DNA of 64,000 nucleotides, from assembly GCF_009914755.1 (NCBI RefSeq), contig NC_060928.1. The stretch is one strand, 5' to 3'. The stretch comes from the human T2T-CHM13v2.0 reference genome, Homo sapiens. How positions within the stretch are numbered: the stretch's first letter is position 1; each line of letters starts with the position of its first letter. Position numbers and translations under genes: made by a program. The notes below the pieces were generated by a model that saw only the letters and a program-made list of their open reading frames with translations, had not been told where the DNA came from and made no database searches. Positions 54,411 through 64,000 of this stretch are shown here, piece after piece.

Positions 54411-57400
54411 AATATCAATGCTAACCTTAAATGTAAATGGGTTAAATGCTCCCATTTAAATGGCATAGAGTGGTAATCTGGATAAAAAGACAAGACCCAG
54501 CCATCTGCTGTCTTCAAGAGGCTCATCTTACATTTAACAACATCAACAGGCTCAAAGTAAAGGGATAGAGTAATATCTACCATCCAAATGGAAAGCCAAA
54601 AAGAGCAGGAGTCAATATTCTTCTATCAGCTAAAACAGATCTCAAACCAATAAAAATAAAGACAAAGAAGAACATTAAATAATGATAGAGAGTACAATCC
54701 AAGAAGAAGAATTAACTATCCCAAATATATATGCACCCAACACTGGAGCACCCAGATTCATAAAGCAAGTTCTTCTTGGCCTACAAAAAGACGTACGCAA
54801 TCACAAAATAACAATGGGACACTTCAACATCTCAATGACAGCTGTAAACAGATCATCAAGGCAGAAAACTATTAACCAAACTTTGGACTTAAACTTGACA
54901 CTTGACCAACTGGATCCATTGGACATCTACAGAACACTCCACTAAACAACTACAGAATATACATTCTTCTCATCTGCACATGGAACATATTCCAGGTTTG
55001 TCCATATGGTCAATCATAAAGCAAGTCTCAATGAATTCAAAAAAATTGAAATCACACCAAGCACACTCTCAGACCACAGTGAAATTAAAACAGATATCAG
55101 TATCAAGAAGATCTATCAAAACTACACCAATTCATGGAAATCAAACAACTTGCTCCTGAATAACTCGGGTAAACATCGAAAATAAGGGAAAAAACAAAAA
55201 TTATTTGAAATTAATAAAAATTGAAATACAATATACAAAAAAATCACTGAGATGCAGCTAAAGCAGTGTTAAAAGTTTGTAGTGCTAAATCTCTTCATGA
55301 ACAAGGTAGAGAAATCTAAAATTACAATCTGACTTTGAACATAGAGAAATTAGAAAAAAAAAAAAAGAACAAACCATCCCTTAAGTTAGCAGAAAAAAAA
55401 ATAACTAAAATACAGAAGAACTGAATGAAATTGAGATACAAATATTCATTGAAAAGTCAATGAAATTGAGTTGGTTCCTCAAAAAGTAAACAAGAGTGAT
55501 ATACTGATAGCTAGATTAACGAAAAAAAAAGACAATACCCAAACAAGTAAAATCAAAAATAATAAACATAACATTACAACTGATTTCACAGACATACAAA
55601 AGATTCTCAGAGAACAATATGAACAACTCTATGCATGCAAATGTCAAAATCTAGAGGAAATGGATAAATTCCTGAAAACTTACAATCCCCCAAGATTGAA
55701 TAATGAAGAGATTGAAATTCTGAATCAGCCAATATTAAGCTCTGAAATTCAATCAGTAATACAAAACCTACCAACCAATAAAAGTCCTGGATCAAATGGA
55801 TTCACAGCCGAATTCTACCAGTAGTACAAAGAAGAGCTTGTACTGATTCTATTGAAATTACTCCAGAAAATCAAGAAGGAGGGGATCCTACCAAACTCAT
55901 TCTATGAAACCTGCAACAGCCTAATACCAAAACCTGGCAAAGACACGACAAAAATTAAAACTTCAGGCCAATACCCCTGATGAACAAAGACACAAAAATC
56001 CTCAACAATTTACAAGCAAACTGAACCCTTCAGCACATCGAAAAGTTAATACATCATAATCAAGCAGGTTTTATTCCTGGGATGCAAGTCTCATTCAACA
56101 TACAAAAATCAATTAAGTACGATTCACCACATAAAGAGAATTAAAAACAAAAACCATATGATCATCTCAATAAATGCAGAAAAAATGTGATAAAATCCAA
56201 AATCCCTTCATGATAAAAATTATCAACAGATGAGGCACTGAAGTAGCATACCACAAAATAATAACACCCAATTATAAAAAACCCATGGCCATATCCCTGA
56301 TGATCATCGATGCAAAAATCCTCAATAAAATATGGGCAAATTGAATCCAGCAGCACATTAAAAAGCTTACCCACCACGATCAAGTCAGCTTTATCTCTGG
56401 GATGCAAGGCTGGTTCAACATACGGAAATCAATAAACATAATCCATCACATAAACAGAACCAATGACAAAAACCATATGATTATCTCAATAGATGCAGAA
56501 AAGGCCTTCAACAAAATTCAACAGCCTCTCATGCTAAAAACTCTCAATAAACTAGGTATCAGTGGAACATATCTCAACATAGTAGGAGCTATTTATGATA
56601 AACCCAAAGCCAGTATCATACTGAATGGGCAAAAACTGGAAGCATTCCCTTTGAAAACCAGTACAAGACAAGGATGCCCTCTCTCACCACTCCTATTCAA
56701 CATAGTATTGGAAGTTCTGGCCAGGGCAATCAGGCAAGAGAAAGCAATAAAGGGTATTCAAATAGTAAGGGAGGAAGTCAAATTTGTCTCTGTTTGCAGA
56801 GGATATAATTGTATATTTAGAAAACCCCATTGTCTCAGCCCAAAATCTCCTTAAGCTGATAAGCGACTTCAGCAGAGTCTCAGGATTCAAAATCAATGTG
56901 CAAAAATCACAAGCATTCCTATACACCAATAACAAACAGAGAGCTAAATCATGCGTGAACTCCCATTCAAAATTGCTACTCAGAAAATAAAATACCTAGG
57001 AATCCAACTTACAAGGGATGTGAAGGACCTCTTCAAGGAGAACTACAAACCACTGCTCAAGGAAATAAGAGAGGACACAAACAAATGGAAAACATTCCAT
57101 GCTCAGGGATAGGAAGAATCAATATCATGAAAATGGCCTTACTGCCCAAAGTAATTTATAGATTCAATGCGACCCCATCAAGCTACCACTGACTTTCTTC
57201 ACATAATTGGAAAAAACTAATTTAATCTTCATATGGAATCAAAAAACAGCCCACATAGCCAAGACAATCCTGAGCAAGAAGAACAAAGCTGGAGGCATCA
57301 TGCTACCTGACTTCAAATATTACTACAAGGCTACAGTAACCAAAACAGCGTGTTACTGGTACCAAAACAGATATATAGACCAACAGAACAGAATGGAGTC

Positions 57401-60394
57401 CTCAGAAATAACACCACACAACCACCAACATCTGATCTTTGACAAACCTGACACACACAAGCAATGGGGAAAAGATTCCCTATTTAATAAATGGTGTTGG
57501 AAAAACTGGCTAGCCATATGCAGAAAACTGAAACTGGATCCCTTCCTTACACCTTATACAAAAATTAATTCAAGATGGATTAAAGACTTAAACGTAAGAC
57601 CTAGGACCATAAAAATCGTAGAAGAAAACCTGGGCAATGCCATTCAGGACATAGGCATGGGCAAAGACTTTACATCTAAAACACCGAAAGCAATGGTAAC
57701 AAAAGCCAAAATTGATAAGTGGTGTGTAAGTAAACTAAAGAGCTTCTGCACAGCAAAAGAAACTATCATCAGAGTGAACAGGCAACCTACAGAATGGGAG
57801 AAAATTTTTGCAATCTATCCATCTGATAAAGGGCTAATATCCAGAATCTACAAAGAACTTAAGCAAATTTACAAGAAAAAAGCAAACAACCCCCTCTAAA
57901 ATGGGCAAAGGATATGAACAGACCCTTCTCAAAAGAAGACATTTATGCAGACAACAGACATATGAAAAAATGCCCATCATCACTGGTCATTAGAGAAATG
58001 CAAATCCAAACCACAATGAGATACCATCTCACGCCAGTTAGAATGGTGATCATTAAAAAGTCAGGAAACAACAGATGCTGGAGAGGTTGTGGAAAAGTAG
58101 GAATGCTTTTACACTGTTGGTGGGAGTGTAAATTAGTTCAACCATTCTGGAAGACAGTGTGGTGATTCCTCAAGGATCTAGAACTAGAAACAACATTTGA
58201 CCCAGCAATTCCATCACTGGGCGTATACTCAAAGGATTATAAATCATTCTATGATAAAGACACATGCACACGTATGTTTACTGTGGCAGTATTCACAATA
58301 GCAAAGACTTGGGACCAACCCACATGTCCATCAATGATAGACTGGATTAAGAAAATGTAGCACATATACAGCACGGAATACTATGCAGCCATAAAAAGTA
58401 TGAGTTTATGTCGTTTGCAGGGACATGGATGAAGCTGGAAACCATCATTCTCAGCCAACTACCATAAGAACAGAAAACCAAACACTGCATGTTCTCACTC
58501 ATAAGTGGGGAGTTGAACAATGGAAGACATGGCCACAGGGAAGGGAACATCACACACTGGGGCCTGTTGGGGGGTGAGGGGCTAGGGGAGGGATAATATT
58601 AGGAGAAATAGCTAATGTAGGTGATGGGTTGATGGGTGCAGCAAACCACCATTGCTCGTGTATACCTATGTAACAAAACTGCACGTTCTGCACATGTAAC
58701 CCAGAACTTAAAGTATAATAATAAAATAAATAACCCATAGCCAACATCATACTGAATGGGGAATAGCTTGTAACATTCCACTTGAGAACTGGAACAAGAC
58801 AAGGATGCCCACTTTCATCACTCCTATTCAACATAGTACTGAATGTCCTAGCCAGAGCAACAGGCAAGAGAAAGAAAAAAAAAGACATCCAAACAGAAAA
58901 AGAAGAAGTCAAACTATCTCTCTTTGCTGACAATATTCTTTACTTAGAAAACACTAGACTCTGCCAAAAGGTTCCTAGAACTGACAAACATGATTTTTGT
59001 AAGGTTTCAGGATGCAACATCCATGTACAAAAATTAGTTGCAGTTCCATACACCAATAACATTAGATCAAGAACACAGTTCCGTTTACAATAGTTAGATC
59101 GAGAACATAATTCCATTTGAAATACCTAAGAAAACATCTAACCAATGAGAAAAAATATCTCTATAAAGAGAACTACAAAACACTGCTGAAAGAAATTGGA
59201 GATAACAAACAAATGGAAAAAAATGAAAAAACATCTCATGCTCATGGATTGGAAGAATTAACATCATTAAATGACCATACTGCCCAAAGCAGTTTTCAGA
59301 TTCGATTTTCCTAACAAACTACCAAAATCATTTTTCACAGAAGTAGGCAAAGCAATCCTAAAATTAATATAGAACTAAAAAAGAGCCCAAATAGCCAATG
59401 CAATCCTAAGCCAAAAGAACAAAGCTGGAGGCATCACACTACCTGACTTCAAATTGCACTACAACACTATAGTAAATAAACAGGATGATACTGGTATAAA
59501 AGCAGACACATAGATCAACGGACCCAGAAATAAAGTCACATATCTACAGCCAAGTAATCTTTAACAGTCAAATGTAACATACACGGTGGAAAGCACACTC
59601 TTTTCAGTAAATGGTACTGGAAAAATTGGGTTGCCATATTCAGAAGAATGAAATGAAGCTTGACTCCATTTCTCTCCATATAAAAAAATCAACTCAAAGT
59701 GGATTAAAACTTAAATGTAACACTTAAAACTGTGAAACTATTAGAAGAAAACATAGACAAAACTCTTCTGGATACTGGTCTTTGCAAAGAATTCATGATT
59801 AAGACCTTAAAAGCACAACCAACAAAACAAAACAAAAAAAGTAGACAAGTGGGATTTAAACTAAAAAGCTTCTGCAAAAGCTAAAATCAACAGAGGGAAC
59901 AGACAATCTGCAGAATGGGAGAAAATATTTGTAAACTATCTATCTGACAGGGGAGTAATATGCAGAACATACAAAAAACTCAAACAACTCAACAACAACC
60001 ACAACCACCACCACAACAAAAATAATCCCATTAAAGGGTGGGCAAAGGACATGAATTGACATTTTTCAAAAGACACACAAATGTCCAAGTATATGAAAAA
60101 ATGTTCAACATCACTAATTATCAGAGAAATACAAATTAAAACCATAATGAGGTATCATCTTACACCAGTCAAAATGGCTATTATTAAAAAGACAAAAAAA
60201 AAAAAAACAGATGTTGTTGAAGATGTGGAGAAAAGGGAACACTTATACATTATTGGTGGGAATGTAAATTAGTACAACCTCTATGGAAAATCGTACAGAA
60301 ATTTATCAAAGATCTGGAAATAGAACTACCATTCAATTCAGCAATCTCACTATTGGATATCTACACAAAGAAAAGAATAATTATACCAAAGATA
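54411..60394 (+). mobile_element. Old L1 (L1PB/L1MA-type) ORF2 region, lacking both ends, split by a younger L1
   Basis: Endonuclease remnant IQEEELTIPNIYAPNTGAPRFIKQ and [18 protein letters not shown]...[13 protein letters not shown]. The host resumes at 58744 ([17 protein letters not shown]). Confidence 0.88.
56292..58731 (+). mobile_element. 5'-truncated L1PA (approx. PA7/PA8) nested in the older L1
   Basis: RT motifs [12 protein letters not shown]...[10 protein letters not shown]...[19 protein letters not shown], 3' UTR and A-rich tail. TSD AACCCATGGCCA (56280-56291) / AACCCATAGCCA (58732-58743). Confidence 0.92.
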
Positions 60395-60479
60395 TTTCTG
60401 TATTCTTTTGCAAAGCAATGTCTTTGCAATATCTTACTTTGTTTATCCATTCTACTATTGACACTAGCTCCATCTCTAA

Positions 60480-61160
60480 TTTTTTTATTTCAATAGTTTT
60501 TGGGGTACAGGTGTTTTTTTACTTACATCCATAAATTATTCAGTGGTGATTTCTGGGATTTTGGTGCACCTGTCACACAAACAGTGTAAACTGTACCTGA
60601 TATGTAGTATTTTTTTCCTCACCCACCTTCTACCCTTTCCCCTTCCCCGAGTCCCAAAGTCCATTATATCACGCTTATGCTTTTGCATCCTCATAGCTTA
60701 GCTCCCACTTACAAGTGAGAACATAGGATATTTGAATTTTTATTCCTGAGTTACTTCACTTAGAATAATGGCCTTCAGTTCCATCCAAGTTGCTACAAGG
60801 ACATTATTTCAATTCTTTTTATGGTTAAGTAGCATTCCATGGTGTATATATACCATCTTTTCTTTATCCATTCATTGGTTGATGGGCACTTATGTTGGCT
60901 CCACATTTTTGCAATTGTGAATTGTGCTGCTATAAACATCCCTGTGCATGTGTCTTTCATATAATGATTTCTTTCCTCTTTAGGTAAATACCCAGTCGTG
61001 GGATTGCTGGACCAAATGGTAGTTCTATTTTTAGTTCTTTAAGGAATCTCCATACTATTTTCTATAGTGGTTGTACTAGTTTACATTCCCAACAGCAGTG
61101 TAAAAGTGTTCCCTTTTCACCACGTCTATGCCAACATCTATAATTTTTTGACTTTTTAAT
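60480..61160 (-). mobile_element. L1PB-type 3' end fragment inside an older antisense L1M
   Basis: TTTCAATAGTTTTTGGGGTACAGGTG...AGTGGTGATTTCTGGGATTTTGGTGCACC is antisense L1PB 3' UTR. Confidence 0.85.
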
Positions 61161-61280
61161 TTCTGACTGCTATGAATAAAACTGTTATGAATAGTCTTAC
61201 GCAAGTATTTTGTCAATATGTTTTTATTTCTATTTGGTAAACACCTAGAAGTGGGAATGGTAGGTTACAGGGAAGGTATA

Positions 61281-61499
61281 CAGTTGCCTCCCAGGATACA
61301 TGGAATTCATTCCCAGACCCTTGTATATACCAAAATCCCCACATATTCAAGTCCCACAGTTGGCCCTGCATATATTGCCCCTCCATATACAGGGGTTTCA
61401 CATCCTGTTAATATTGTATTTTCAATCCACTTGGTTGAAAAACATTCAGATGTAAGTGGATCCTCGCACTTAAAACTCATGTTGTTCAAGGGTAAACTG
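61281..61499 (-). mobile_element. MER8 (TcMar-Tigger) MITE
   Basis: CAGTTG...GTTGTTCAAGGGTAAACTG termini flanked by TA on both sides (61279-61280, 61500-61501). Confidence 0.85.
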
Positions 61500-61641
61500 T
61501 ATAATTACTTTTGTTATGAGCCTTCAGACCTTTTCTAAAATGGTTGTATCATTTTACCATTCTACCAAATACGTATACAAATTCCAATTATTTCACATTT
61601 TTCTCAACATTTGATTTTATCAGCTTTTAAAATTTTAGTCA

Positions 61642-62072
<431 letters not shown>

Positions 62073-62684
62073 TTATGTAAAATAATCATTTGCCTTTATG
62101 GACATATTTGTTTATATTGTATCATACAAATTATATACAAGCACCTTTCTGTCCGTGAGAATAAATCATTAAAATGGAAATAGCAAGAAAAAAAATGCAA
62201 TATTTTTTTCCCTTTTACCTCATGTATATATAGAAGTAAATATATGGTAAATTAATCATTTTAATACAGAAAAATAAAATGAAAAACAAAATATAATCAT
62301 AATTCTATTTTTATTTAACATACAAACAAAAATTATTTATGGTATGATTTGGGACAAGAGACAATCTTGTAAATCTTCTAGCTTTCTTTTTCTTTTTATT
62401 CTTAAAATTTTAGTTTATTTAAAATTTAAAGTTTTCTTAGTAAACTTCATGTCAGCTTCATTTATGTTGTTTGGTAAATCTGTTTGAAAAAGTAAAAAAA
62501 AGATTTCAAAATTCCTCTCCAACTTTAAAATGTTGGTACAGAAAAGTTTAATCAGAATATATTTCTATGCATTTGTGGTAATGAGTAAAAATATTTTAAT
62601 TTTTGTGTTCATTTGATTTTTATTCATTCATAAAAAGTAAACAGATGAATTTCTTAAAAAATATCAAATATAATTTTACCTATC

Positions 62685-62998
62685 TTTTTTTTTTTTTTTT
62701 TTGAGACAAGGTCTTGCTCTGTCACAGCTTGGAGTACAGTAGCTCATCTGCAGCCTCAACCTCCCAGGCCCAAGTGATCCTCCCATATCAGCCTTCTGAG
62801 TTGCTGGACCACAGGTGCATGCCACTATACCTGTCTTATTTATTTATTTATTTTATTTATTTATTTATTTATTTTTTTGTAGAGATGGGATCTTTCTATG
62901 TTGCCCAGGCTGGTCTGGAACTCCTGGGCTCAAGCTATCATCCCTTGCTTGGTCTCCTTTAGTGCTGGGATTACAGGTGTGAGCCACTGTGCCCAGTC
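62685..62998 (-). mobile_element. AluJ with (TTTA)n linker
   Basis: GAGACAAGGTCTTGCTCTG...CTGCAGCCTCAACCTCCCAGG...TATGTTGCCCAGGCTGGTCT...CTCCTGGGCTCAAG. Confidence 0.88.
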
Positions 62999-63398
62999 TT
63001 TGATAATTTTTCTACCACTTCAATCATTCATCTTTTATTTATTAAGTATAGTTCTGATAATCTGGTAAGTAACAGAGTGCTAAAAAGCTAATGGATGTTA
63101 GGATTATTGAAATATAAAAAATTCAGCGGTCTTCTTTAAAGATAGTATTTAAGGGCATTTTTTGACTGAATTTTCCATGTGATTCAATTTTCCTTTTTCT
63201 ATTTTATATGTAGATAATTAAAAAGAATTAACCAGCAAAACAAAACAGCTGGGTTATTCTTTTCCCCTGCAAATTAGAAGTAAAGTTCATTTTATGGTTT
63301 TCATTTTATGTTACTAATATCTCTCCAGATACTGATTACACTGATTATCAATTCATAGAACTTCAGAACTTGGAAATAGCCTCAGGCATCACCTAATT

Positions 63399-63478
63399 CA
63401 GTATTATTCAACATGGTTCACCAAAAACATCTACTTTAGAATCAGATCACTCAAATGTTTGTTAAAAATGAAGATACC
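63399..63478. mobile_element. MER5-type half element
   Basis: CAGTATTATTCAAC...AGAATCA...TTTGTTAAAAATGAAGAT, cut by the adjacent L1. Confidence 0.45.
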
Positions 63479-64000
63479 TTTGCTGTGCATAAGCTTTTTA
63501 ATTTGATGTAATCTCATTTGTTGGTTTTTGTTTTTGTTGCCTGTGCTTTAAAATTCATATCCAAAAAAAATTATTCCCTATGCTGATGTCATCAAGCATT
63601 TCCCATATGTTTTCAGTTTCTGGTTATACATTTAAGTCTTTAATTCATTTTGAGTTGATTTTTGTATATGTTTAGAAATAAGAGCCCAATTTTATTCTTC
63701 TGCATGTGAATATTTAGTTTTCCCAATCACATGTACTGAAAAGACTGTCCTTTCCCCAGTGTATGTTGTGGCACCTTTGCCAAAAATCAATCAGCTGTAA
63801 ATGTGTGGATGTATTTCAGGGATCTCTGCTCTGTTCCATTGGTCTATGTGTCTGTTTTCATGCCAGTATCATGCTGTTTTGGTTACTAATGCTTTATAGA
63901 ATGTTTTGAAGTCAGGTTATGCTTATGCCTCCAGCTTTATTCTTTTTGCTTAAGATTGATATAGCTATTTGTGGATTTTTGTTGTTCCATACAAATTTTA
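63479..64000 (-). mobile_element. Antisense L1 ORF2 fragment (runs off the window)
   Basis: TTTGCTGTGCATAAGCTTTTTAATTTGATG...TTTAAGTCTTTAATTCATTTTGAGTTG...ATGCCTCCAGCTTT. Confidence 0.88.

Noticed and set aside
57207-57899. Longest ORF (230 aa) and neighbouring ORFs as a gene or novel reverse-transcriptase system
   Set aside because: They are frameshifted L1 ORF2 pieces of a 5'-truncated element with no promoter or ORF1.

Overview
AT-rich, non-coding primate genomic DNA. An AluYa5 carrying all five diagnostic bases (16210-16514) indicates human. I find no supportable protein-coding gene, RNA gene or CRISPR array. Every informative ORF in the track is an L1 ORF2, Alu, MaLR-internal or ERVL remnant. 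Roughly half the window is layered transposon debris. The main structures are a full-length old L1MA with surviving target-site duplication (TSD) and four nested younger insertions (36164-45542), a complete MaLR provirus split by an antisense L1 (23399-28882), an L1PA inserted in an older L1 (54411-60394), a twin-primed 5'-inverted L1, an ERVL integrase/dUTPase remnant with its MLT2 LTR, nine Alus, solo LTRs and MER DNA transposons. I see no new biological system. The most interesting items are insertion-mechanism footprints, possibly polymorphic young insertions and a few repeat-free candidate regulatory islands. Family and subfamily names come from recalled consensus sequences and were not checked by a database search.
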